A DNA stretch of 64,000 nt, taken from assembly GCA_028534125.1 (NCBI GenBank), contig CM052822.1, positions 78,244,001-78,308,000 of the forward strand. Reading direction: 5' to 3'. A program made the translations under genes and the position numbers. Positions 47,053 through 58,045 of this stretch are shown in pieces (position 1 is the first letter of the stretch; each line of letters opens with the position of its first letter). This DNA comes from Lama glama (Eukaryota). The notes under the pieces are model-generated. The model saw only the letters and a list, made by a program, of their open reading frames with translations, had not been told where the DNA came from and searched no databases.

Positions 47053-50000
47053 AGCAAGGGGGCGGGTTCATGGACAGAGCAGTTGCGCTGCTACGGAGGA
47101 CCCTGGTCCTCCAACGGGAGACGGGAGGCCTCACCACACCCTCCTGTTTATCGCTCACGGCAATGCGTGCTCGGGACTTGGGAGAGTCGCTCTTCCAGGT
47201 GTGAGACAGAACACGGCTGAACACTGTAACCCGAGTGGCAGTGACTGCGTCCGGTGGCCCTGCCCCCCTCACCTCCCATGATGCCCGGGGACGAGCCTTG
47301 GGGCCCCCGACACGGACGATCACAAACAGGACGGGGCACGCAGGTGAAATCTCTGTGCCATGTCTGTGCCCCCTCGGAGTTGGGACGTAAGCGTCAGTTG
47401 CTTCTGTCGGTCAGATCTGTAAAAGGCGGCGCAGTGGCTGGAATCTGTCACCGGGGGGAGACGGGGCAGGAGCCCACCTGCTCCCAACTGACCAGAGTGA
47501 CAGGTCAAAGCGTCACCTGTGTCGGTTACACCCTCAGAGCTGCCAGAAACAGCGACGGCAGGAAAAGCAGACGAGAAGGAGGCTGGAAACGGAGACCAGA
47601 GGCTGACGGGCCTCCTGTGAGTGACGGTGCTCTCACCTGGGGGCGAGTCATCAGGAAAGATGAACACAAATAACGAAGGACGCTCAGCCTCCTCTACGGA
47701 AGCACCGCGTTCCAGACACTCCTGTTTCTGAAGGTCCAACAGAAGCAACCGAAGCCACTCAGGGTCCGGAGCCACACAGGCTGAGACATGAGAGGAGGCC
47801 AGGACCCGGGCACCACAGGGGTGCGAAGCAGTCCCAGGGGACCTGACTGGCTCACCCCTTTCAGAGGAACCGGAGCTCAAGCCATTTGAACGCCGCATTG
47901 TTCGGAACATCGGCCTTTAAAGCACTCAGACGCCGGGCCCCTGCTCTCCCAGGACCCGCTGCAGTAACCTGCCCGGCGGGGACGCCCCACCCGGTCCACC
48001 GCGCCGTCTGCAAGGGGCTGTCGAAGGCCGTGTGTGAAACAGCCACGTGACGCGCTGCCGTTTACAACGTGCCTCTGCCCGCCTTACACCATTTGATTCA
48101 AATTTCCCACGAGAAGCAGGCATTACAGGCCCAGCCCTGACGCAAAACCCTGAGACACCGTCTGGGACACAGAACCCCCCCGAGAGGCCCGATTGTGCCC
48201 AGACACCAAACACACCCAGTGGGCGGCCCAGACGCGGGCACTCGTCTTCCCCGAGGGTATCAGGAGAGCAGTGACGCTGTGCCCGCCGTCAGTGTGGGGC
48301 TCATGGCCACCCAGGGCTCCCCGCAAGGTGGGCCGTGAGGCAGCGTCTGGCTTCCAGGGCACCTGGGGTGCAGAGCTGCACATGAGGTCGGGGTGGGGCA
48401 GCTCGTTCCCGTTTCCAGAGGTGCTAACCCAGCGCCTGGACGTCGGGGCTCGTCCAGGAGGATGCGAGGTGGGGCCAGGGCTGACCGGGGCCAGGGAGGA
48501 CTCCAGGCCTCGGGGAGGCAGCTGGAGTCTCACGGCCTCCATTCCTCCTCCTTCCTGGCGGGTGAGGGTGGGCCCGGCTCTGCGCGTCCGTCAGCACAGA
48601 CGGAGGTTCTGGACCCTGGGATTTAGCTTGGAAGTTGTTCCGTGTGTTTTTTAAGGGAATTCCTGACGTCATCTTACTTACTGTACTTCCACGCATGCAG
48701 TGAAGAAAGTAGAAGAGAGGAACATGTAGTGAGGGGAGAGAGCCCAGTCTACTGGTCGTGTGGGTGTGTGCAGACCACGTCCACGTCCTGGGGGGCCAAG
48801 CGGGCAGCAGGCGGCTCCCCCTGCCGGCTCTGCGGGGCTGCCCGGGGGGACGGCCTCCTTCCTGAGCCCCAGGGAGCCACACAGAACAAGCAAGGGGCCT
48901 CCCATCCCATGAGTCACAGGGTAATTGCCCTTTCAAACCTGCTCTTGTTTCATCTCTTAATCCCGGCCGAACTCCCCCCAAAAGAGGCACGAGGGCTGCA
49001 GCCCCACGTCCCCTTCAGCCCTCCTCCAGCCCTGGGCCTGTGCACGCTGAAGTGAAATCACAGCGGGAAGGTCTGCGGGGGGCGGGGGGCTGCAGGCCAG
49101 CGCTGGGCCGGGGCGTCTGCCTTTCATCACATGGCCTGAGAGGACCTCCAGGGACCAGGTGGTAACCATGGAAACGAGGAACCACGAACAGAGAGGAGGG
49201 GGGCTTGAAGGAGGTTTGAGACTCTGGTCTGAATCCTGGGCGTGGACGGGAGGGGGGCCCTGGGGCTCCGGCCCGAGGGAAATGCGTCCCCGGGAGCAGG
49301 CACCCTGGTGAGTCTGGTTCCAGGCAGATTCAGGTGGCAGGGAGGTCCCCAGGAGAGATGCTCTTGAGTGGCCGGGGCTGTAGGCAGAGAGGGGACTGCA
49401 GGCGCGATAGAGGCCGGGAGAGACCCTGGGCCCCTGGGGAGCAGGGAGAGGACCCTGGGACTGTGGGCGGAGGGTCCCTGCAGGGCTGGAAGGAAGAGGG
49501 CCAGGAAGGACACAAAGGAGCTGCCGAGGACTGGAGAACGGCTGCAGCGGCGTGAACAGGAGGGCGTTCTCAGGGACGGCCACGGGGGCCACTGCAGGGG
49601 CAGGCTGGACAGAGCTGGACCCGGGGAGCACAGGAGACGTGGGACCACATCAGTATTCTGCACAGCCAAGGCCCCACATGCTAGCTCTTCGGCGACTTTG
49701 GGGGCAAAGCGGTGGAAGCCATCATTCAGGGGCAGTTTAAACACACCAGCCACCTCCACCCACGATGTCTCCAGGAGCTCAGCGAGCACCTGGAAAGAGC
49801 AGAGCGCGGGCGACTCAGGCAGAGCTGGGAGCCGCGCAGACCCTCTGCTCCAGGCCCTCTGCCCAGACCCACGGCCTGTGCGTCAGAAGCTGAAGGTCGC
49901 GACAGGCAGGGAGTCACCACCTCAACTCCCACCCAAGGACCTGATGTCATAAGACAGAGAACCAAACCCCACAGGGGCTCGGACAGCGAGTGCGTCACGG

Positions 50001-50389
50001 ATGCCTTCACCCTGGCGACCCGGTGCCAGAGGACGCTCCCATCGGGCAGGAAGGCAGAGCTGTGCCAGGCCCCACTCTGGGCGGCTGCCAGTGACCGGGC
50101 GCCGACTCCCCCGCCCCACCCACTGGGCTTGGGAAGCTGCTCGCAGCCAGGTCGGCAGCAGGACAGCAGCGCGGCTGGGTCCTGTCAGGGGCGCCGGCCC
50201 CCCGGCCCAGCCGTCCGCCCCGGCCCGCAGGGCTTGGGCGGGCGGCAGCCGCAGGGTGTGCAGGCCCTCTTTGGTGCTCACTCCCGTGTCTCCACCCCAG
50301 TTCAGAGGGGGTGCAGCCCACAGACCCCCTCCTGCAGGACAGCCCTGAGAGCGTGATGCTCGGCGTCTCCATCTCAGCCTCACGGCACG

Positions 50390-50545
50390 CGGCTGTCACG
50401 TACCCTGTTTACGTGGTGCTCCCTCCCCCGAGTCTCCGAGGAAAGGAACCATGTCACGTCCGACTCTGCCTCGCCCCAAACACTGAACACAGCACCTCGG
50501 GCACAACAAACATTCGTGTTTGTACTCAATATTTTTTGATGTGAA
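50390..50545 (+). mobile_element. L2 3' end relic
   Basis: gtctccgaggaaaggaaccatgtc...cacagcacctcgggcaca...gtactcaatattttttgatg. Confidence 0.5.
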
Positions 50546-52156
50546 CAAACGAAGTTTTGGAGCATTAACGTCTCAGAAAAATTAAGTCTATTTTCTAACC
50601 CGTCATGCTCCCACATTTGAATCCTCCTGGAAGAGAAACGAATCTGGAAGCAAGCTCCAGTGGCCCGGTCCGAGGGCGCGCTGCACTGACGCCCGAGCCC
50701 AGCGCGCACGCTCGGAACACAGGCGCGCACGGCGGTGGGCTCTGGAAGCTCTCGTTGGGATGAGCGACTGTCTCTGAGTGCTCAGCACCACTTGGAAGCA
50801 ACGGCCTGACCATTGTTAGTTCCTCTGGTATCTCCATGGCAACGTTAATCACAGCAAACTCGTTTGGAGTGAACGGAAACTCGTGGCCTCCGGCAACATT
50901 CCCCTGCAATCCCGCCTTCATTGACTGGGACATCACGTGAAGGTGTCACCGTGCCTCACGACTGAGCACGCGTCTCGCACACTTTGACTAAGATCCAAAT
51001 CCTGAGCCGATAAAGCAGCAACACGGGGAGGAAAGAAACGCCCTGTTGGCATCTGGGAGTGAAGCCTCGTGGAGTGGCCCAGCCTTCACGGCCGTGGCCA
51101 CCGAGGCTGCTGCTGGGACGGGAGGGAAGGGGGCCCCGGGAGGCAGGGCACCGGGAATACCTCTGCCTGTGCTTGAACGTGTCAGCTGCACACGCACGGA
51201 AGCAGTTCAGAAATGTGTGTTAAACACTCCACTGAATGAAGGAGGCTAACTCACAAAGACACAAGCTCAGCGTGCATGAACGAGGTGCAGGAAGGCAGAG
51301 ATTTATATGCAAACTTATACCAAGGTGCAGAAAACACCTTTTTTACCACTTAAGGTAAGTGTTCAATTTCCAGAGGATAAATTGCAGGCCACCTCATTCA
51401 GCAGCGCAATTTTCTCCCCGATGATTGGCACTTGGAGATCGAGGTGGGAAGAGGAGCGATCACAAGCCCGCACGGCCGGCAAGTGCGGCAGCATCGTTAG
51501 AAGAGGTTCCCCAGCAGACGGCGTGCCGCAGCCTCGGCAGAACCGAGCCAGAGGTCACGTCAATCACCCGGTTTTTGCTCTGTGTGTTCAAATGCGCATC
51601 TTTCCAGGGATGACAGACACTCGCAGACGCACCTGGAAAGCAGCAAACAGCGCCTCAGATCTTAAAGGCTGAACCGGGCACACGGGCGAGGCATTCAACT
51701 GCTGACTGAGAAACACGCAGGACAGGAGAACGCTGACACCGTCCTGACACAGAGGTTGCTGTGGTCGCTTTGGGGAAAACTGCCGGAACATCACAGCAGG
51801 AGAATAGAGGCCCTGCGGGCCGCACCCAGGCCTCCGGAGCCGGGGACCACGCCTGCCCCACCCCTGCCTCAGGACCCAGGGGTGCGCAGCAGGCTTCAAA
51901 CGGGGCGTCCTGCCCGGCCTCATCGGCTAAGGGGCCCACGGGATGGATACACACGTTCTAGAGGCTGAACACAGACAATCAGAGAAAGCCCACCAACATC
52001 AAACAGCACATCGCACTTGTGGGGAGGGGCGGTGGAAGGGGGAGGAGACCCGGGACGCACTTTAATCTTCCCCGTCTCCAGACCTCTTAAGTCGTTGTCC
52101 CACCTGGAGGAACTGGCTTCCAGTGTTTACACTTACGTTAATACTCGTATTTATAT

Positions 52157-52731
52157 AACGTGTCCCCCCCGTATCCGCGGTTTCACTCCCCAAAGTTTCA
52201 GTTACCGAGGTCAACTGTGGTCCAAAACTACTACAGGGAAAATTCCAGAGGCAAACAACTTGTAAGTTTTAAGCTGCGCAGGTGCTGAGCGTCTGATGGA
52301 CTCTGGCCCTCCAGCCCCGTCCCGCCTGCACCACCCCCACGGACACGGCTCGCTCCCAGCGTTCGCCCGCCCCTTCCTCGCGGCTGACGGCCCAGCTCCC
52401 CGAAGCAGAAGAGCCTTCTTCTGACCGCGGTCAGGAGGCCGGCGGTAGCCCACGGCCGGGTCACAGCACACCTGCTCGCGGCGCTCGTCGCCAGGAGGGC
52501 GGGGCAGCTCAGCAGAGACCAGCCACGTAACTTTCTTCGCAGTCGGCCGTCATAACTGCCCTAATCTGCTATTACTGTTGTTAATCCTCGCTGTGCCTGA
52601 CTTACAAATTAGGCTTGATCCAGGGGTGTACACGGAAAAAACAGAGTATTTGTGAATTCGGTGTCACCCTCGCTGCAGGCGTCCAGCGGGGGCCTGGAAA
52701 GAGCGCTCTGAGGACACGAGGGGGCCGACTG
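52157..52731 (+). mobile_element. MER44 (Tigger7-derived) MITE
   Basis: TIRs gtcccccccgtatccgcgg ... ggacacgagggggccgactg. Internal tttcagttaccgaggtcaactgtggtccaaaa...ggaaaattccagag and tgttgttaatcctcgctgtgcctgacttacaaattagg. Confidence 0.88.
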
Positions 52732-53989
52732 CACAGGTAATTTACAAAATAATCGGAGGTTTTACAGAGGAGACTCGCACGGGCCAGGGGTCCCGTGAGA
52801 GGTTAACAGCTGTGAGGCACGGCTTTTTCTGTAGCAAACAGCCACCTCCAGTGGTAGGTGACGGGGGCGGGGCTCCCCGCGCACCTCACTCAAGTTGCAG
52901 TGGCTTCCTCGAACTCCAGACGCCTGGTTTCCAGGTAATGGGCAAGGAGCACGTCTGTAAGATGATAAAAGCACTGATGCAAAATGTCTTTAAATCTGTA
53001 TTAATTTTTAATGTCAATGTAAAATAACAAAAAAAGAAAAACAATGAAGATAAAAACAGTTTACTTTAAAAAGACGACGCAGATGGGAAACATCCTTCTG
53101 GTGTTGGACTCTTTCTGGAAACTCATTGCAGGGGCCGCCTATCAGCTGCACCGAGAGCCTCCGCGGGCTTTTCTGCAGAATAAATCCCCAAGGACACACC
53201 TCTGACTCGATCGCTCTGACGGTGGGCGGACGCGGAGCCCGGGGCCGCGGTCCAGTCGGGAAGGCTCGCTGCCCCCGGGTCTTCAGGCGGATGTGCTGCT
53301 GGCCGCAGGGACAAGTCCAGCGCTGAGACAGGGCTCTGACCCGCCTGCAACTCTGAGGCGTGAGTCCCGGGACTGCACAGCCCACCCACTGCAAGACGCT
53401 AGGGCTCTGTTTTGAGAAGATGAAGACTGGGCGAAGGTCTGGGCGAAGCCCTCTGTGGGCAGGGAGGGCTCGAGGTGCCCGGTCAGCAGGTCAGACACTG
53501 CGACGCGGAGGGGATGCACCCCCAGCCTTGGTTTCGACATTCGGTTTCAGCCACCAGAGACCGGGCTCATTTGGATGGGACATCGGCCCCCAGAGGCCAC
53601 GGGATGGGGGCACTGGGCGGGGGCTGGGAGGACCGAGTGTAAAGGAGGGCCGCCAGAGCCAGAGCAGAGCAGACGCACATCAGACAGGCCAGCGAGCTTG
53701 GCAGGCAGAGAAAGGCTCTGGCGGGTGGGGGACGTGCTGGCTCAGAGGGGAGGCGGCACTGGCCGAGGACCCGGCCTGGGCTCAGCAGGGGATGACGCAG
53801 CCTGGTGCCTTCACCATCCTTCCTGTCCCCGGGGAGCGTGCAGCGCCTGACCACTCCAGGCTGTACGGGACAAAGCCCATGGCACGCAGGCCGCTTCCGA
53901 CGGAGCACGACCATCTCAGTCCCTCGCCAGCTCACCGCCTGGCAGGTGCGCGATCTCCCTAACCCCGCTCTGACCTCAACCCCTCCTGA

Positions 53990-54470
53990 CTAAGGAGCTC
54001 ACTGGCTGCCCTGTTCACTCAGGAACCCACGGCCTGGCACCAACGGTGGACAAATGACAGCCCCTCCCCTCCTGGCCTTCCTGCGACATCCCGGAACCAC
54101 GACGGGTGGTTTCCGAGCCCTGAACGTGTGGTCCCGTCTCAAGTCCCCTGTTCCATTCACTCCCCGGGTCCCGAGTCGCCACCCTCAGCCTCACCTGTCA
54201 AAGTCCAGTGCGCGGCCACCCCAGGGGCCACCTTCTCCTCCCTGGTCTCCCTGAGAGTCCGGCGGGGTTTGGTTCCAGCACTTGGTGGACCCTCCAAGCA
54301 ATGCTGCAAACCCTGCCTTCTCTTCAGTCCACTGTGTACAGACAGTCACATCCCTACTGAACCCCGAGGACCTGAGGTCACCAACCAGTATCCTCCCCTC
54401 TGTGTCTTTCAGAGCGTCTGGGCGACGCCCCGAATACGACTGCAACACTTGACAAATGTGTGCTGAATTG
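53990..54470 (+). mobile_element. L2 3' fragment, highly diverged
   Basis: Pyrimidine-rich body ending cacttgacaaatgtgtgctgaattga, like the L2 3' terminus. Confidence 0.5.
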
Positions 54471-54479
54471 AGCTAAATA

Positions 54480-54920
54480 TTCTGGCATCAGGTAATTAGG
54501 ATAAAATGCTTTTAGGATGTAATTAATGAGACTGACTATTCTGTTTTTAAATGTATCTAAACTCATTTCACCTTGTTTATGTTAAACTGCATTGGGGTGA
54601 GGAGCGTTTTACAGTCAATAGAGAATATAAACGCCTTCACCTAAGCCCCAGAATCACCAAAGCCAGAATCAAGGCAAGGAGAGTGAGTTGAATCAAATCA
54701 GAGGTCATTAACCCAGGGCACTGAGCGTCATGGCTTGTTACGGGTTATTGGGTTTCACCCAATTTCAAAGGCATGTGTAATTACTAACAGTAAGTTTCAA
54801 TCAGGAACTATTAGTAGGTATGGAAGACGAAATAGATTCCAGGACAGGAGCCAGCGGTAGCAGTCCTCGCACCTAATTAACCAGCGCACTAATTATCGAA
54901 GGCGCGCTGATTAAGCGCCG
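54480..54920. promoter_or_regulatory. Candidate intronic enhancer with clustered homeodomain sites
   Basis: TAATTA at 54493, 54520, 54778, 54874 and 54890, plus TGATTA at 54908, in non-repeat AT-rich sequence. Confidence 0.45.
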
Positions 54921-56319
54921 TCCGTGACAGCAGGTGCCCTTCTGGGCACGGGGTCCTGGGGCGGACCCTGTGGGCAGGCGGCACGGAGCTCCCCACCCAG
55001 GGCTGCTCAGACCCTCAGCAAGCAGATACAACTCAACAGGATCATCTCGGATCGTGACCGGGCTCTGAATGGAGGAGGAGGGGGCTGCTGAGCGGGGGGC
55101 GGGGGCGGGGCTGCGGAGATCTGGAAGCCAGGATGCCCACCGGGGATGTCTGGCTGACGTGGGAGGGGTAGAGGCTCAGGGCCCTGGGTGGGGACGAGCA
55201 GGGCAGTGGGGACAGGGTGGAGGCAGGGGTGGGGTCATCCCGGGGTGGGGTCCTCAAGAGTACGAGAAACCCCCGAAGAGCCTTCAGCAGGGACAGCACA
55301 CAACCTGACTATGCTCCAGAGATCCTGGGGGCAGCTGTGGGGGGAGCGGAGACAGTGACCCCCGGCGAGCACGGACGCTGCTCTGACGAGGAGGCGGCCA
55401 GCGGGGCAGGTGCGCATGCCATGGTTACCCACAGGGACACCCACAGTTTAAATTCGAAGCAACATTTTTAAAAAGAGTTGAGTGAAGGGCCAAGTGGATT
55501 TTAACAGCTACCACCATTTAGGACAAAAGAGGCTGATGGATGCCTGCAGGTGGCTCGGCTTCCTGGGAGGCTGCGGGCGGTCCTGGTCTCCAGCCTCCGT
55601 CCCGTCTTCGGGGTGAAGGCTTTCCTCCCCCCCTTCCTGGCCGCTCGCGCAGCTCAGGCTGGACGGGCCCCCTGAGTCGTCAGCACCGGGTGTGTGCTGC
55701 GTAGTCACTTGCTAGATTTATCAGTTGTCTTGACCTTCCTATGCAAGAGCCAAACCTCTCTTCCTAGATAACATATGAAAATACTCTGACTCCACATCCT
55801 TCCTGAGCAAAGAGAAACCACAGACTATCGGGGAAACTGCTGGCGGGTGCTCGAGTCCTTCGCTCCGCAGAAGGCTGTGAGCCCCAGTGTCTCAGCCCCG
55901 GGCAAGGCAGCCGTTCCTTCGTGCCCACAGCTGTAATGTTGGTGAAAATAATGGAGAGGGATTAATTTGAGCATCTTCAACAAACCCCTCAAAGCCACAA
56001 ACCCAGGAATACAGAAACCAGAGCTAAACTTTTCTCAAAGCTGAGAGCTGGCTGTCTGACGCCTTTGCAAGGAGTGATGCCTTATAAGACAGGAGGAACT
56101 CCTTCAGCCTCCCAGATTCCCTCAGGAACCACGTGTTTCGGCTCCTTCTCCAAATACGCCTCTCTGCCCTTTCCTGCCATTTCTCAGAGGCTGGAGCAGC
56201 GTTTCACCCTGCTGAAGCCAGCGCTTGCTCTGCTGAACGACCACTGTGCAGACATGTGCACTCGGCCACGGTGAACGGAGCCTCGGGGGGCCGGCTCTGC
56301 GCTGTGGACACACCCTGAT

Positions 56320-56630
56320 CATTACGGCTAACCCGTGAGGCTAGATACTTCAGCTCTGTTACACACAAAGGGGTCTGGAGGGCAGGGAAGTACAGTGGCT
56401 AGCTCAAGTTCACTCAGCTAGAGCTCTGTGACCTCCGGAAAATGGACCACGTTTGCTTAGGGTCACCCCCTCCTGGCCCCCACAGGGCACTCGCGCTGCC
56501 GGACTTGTGTGTTCGTCACATTGGCCCTGTGAGTGCCTGGGCGGAGGGACCATTTCTTTTCCTTTGCACACTTAGAATCTACTACAGCACCCAGTGTGCA
56601 GTAGGTAGTTAATGAATGTTGAATGGGTAA
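56320..56630. mobile_element. MIR relic followed by L2 3' end
   Basis: aacccgtgaggctagatac...gctcaagttcactcagcta (MIR); gagggaccatttc...cagtaggtagttaatgaatgttgaatg (L2). Confidence 0.5.
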
Positions 56631-56870
56631 AAAAGAAAAAGAACAAACCTTAAATGTTTGAAATGCTCAGAGGAGACGAAGGGACATTGCTCAGGTTAGC
56701 AGGAAAAGAAATTCCCAATAGAAGAACGTGTTAACTGTGAGGCAGAGCTTAAACATACTGTCCTTACCTCCGTGGTTTTCTCTGGAAAAGCTACTACTCT
56801 TTGGAACTTTAAACACCTGAGAAAACACTCTTTCCATAGCTGTGGCTGAAGCAGCAGTAACAACAGACAT

Positions 56871-57310
56871 AGTGATGATGGTGGTGGTGGTGGTGGAGGT
56901 GGTGGTAATGGTGGTAGTGGTGATGGCGGTGGTGGTTGACGGCNNNNNNNNNNNNNNNNNNNNNNNNNNNNNNNNNNNNNNNNNNNNNNNNNNNNNNNNN
57001 NNNNNNNNNNNNNNNNNNNNNNNNNNNNNNNNNNNNNNNNNNNNNNNNNNNNNNNNNNNNNNNNNNNNNNNNNNNNNNNNNNNNNNNNNNNNNNNNNNNN
57101 NNNNNNNNNNNNNNNNNNNNNNNNNNNNNNNNNNNNNNNNNNNNNNNNNNNNNNNNNNNNNNNNNNNNNNNNCTGATGGTGGTGATGGTCGTAGTGGTGG
57201 TGATGGCAGTGATGGTGGGAGTTGGTGACAATGGTGAAGATGTTGACACCACACAAGTGATCATGATGACAATGGTGGTGGTGGTAATGGTGATAGTGAT
57301 AATGATGATA
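56871..57310. repeat. (GGT/GAT)n trinucleotide low-complexity tract spanning a 229-N gap (56944-57172)
   Basis: gtgatgatggtggtggtggtggtggaggtgg... on both sides of the gap. Confidence 0.92.
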
Positions 57311-57314
57311 ATAT

Positions 57315-57520
57315 TTGTTAACAACACTGCTTTGTTGAGTGTGCACTATGTACTAGGAATCATTCTAAGTTCTTACATCATATTTAATTCATTAGAATTC
57401 TATGAAAGTGGTACTATTATAACCCACATTTTATAGGTGGAGAAACTGAGGTAACTTGTCTATCTATTACTTGGTCAATATGGAGAAAAGCCAGCATCTT
57501 GACCCAGGCAGCCTGCCTGA
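57315..57520 (-). mobile_element. MIR
   Basis: ttgagtgtgcactatgtactagg...tactattataacccacattttataggtggagaaactgagg is the antisense MIR core. Confidence 0.85.
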
Positions 57521-57564
57521 AGAGGAATACCACATTTTTAGTTTCTCTTTTTATTATGGGTATG

Positions 57565-58045
57565 TGTGGTGTTTTAACGAGGTCCACAAGTTGCTTGATA
57601 CTGTTCCCTTCAAGAGGTGGAGCCAAATTCCCCTCCTCTGGGCTGTGACCTGGACTTAGAAAGTCACGTCCAGTGACTGGAGTGGAATGGGAGGGACCCG
57701 GTCATCATGGTGCTGTGGCTTCCTGCTGGTTGTCCTTCTCTCAGACCACTTGCTCCTGGGGCAGCCAGTTGCCATGTGTGGACATCCCTGTGGACGGTCC
57801 TTGTGGCGAGGAACCAAGGCCTCTGGCCAACAGACGTGTGAGGGTGCCATTTTGTTAGCAGACACTTCAGCCCCAGTCAAACCTTCAGATGAGATCTCCC
57901 GCCAGGCCTGCAGTTCAACAACTGTCTCCTAAAAACCATTTGACTTGGCAGCTCCCAGATTTCTGAAACTCTGTGAAATAATAATGCTTGCTGTTTTATG
58001 CTGGCAAGTGTAGGATAATTGGTTGTACATTACATACTGAATACA
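57565..58045 (+). mobile_element. MaLR LTR (MLT1F-like)
   Basis: tgtggtgtttt...gtccacaagttgcttgatactgttcccttcaagaggtggagccaaattcccctcc...cagccccagtcaaaccttcagatga...tgtgaaataataatgcttgctgtttt. Confidence 0.85.

Noticed and set aside
49640-49805. Minus-strand acceptor ctctgctctttccag followed by an open frame (VLAELLETSW...)
   Set aside because: There is an immediate stop in the phase-1 frame, no convincing donor and no similarity to PTPRN2.
53065-53172. Minus-strand 108-nt AG...GT segment
   Set aside because: It has a stop codon in the phase-1 frame required by the host intron, and a weak donor (GTAAAC).
56691-57436. Poly-His/Thr/Val ORFs
   Set aside because: These are translations of a (GGT/GAT)n simple repeat and an N gap.
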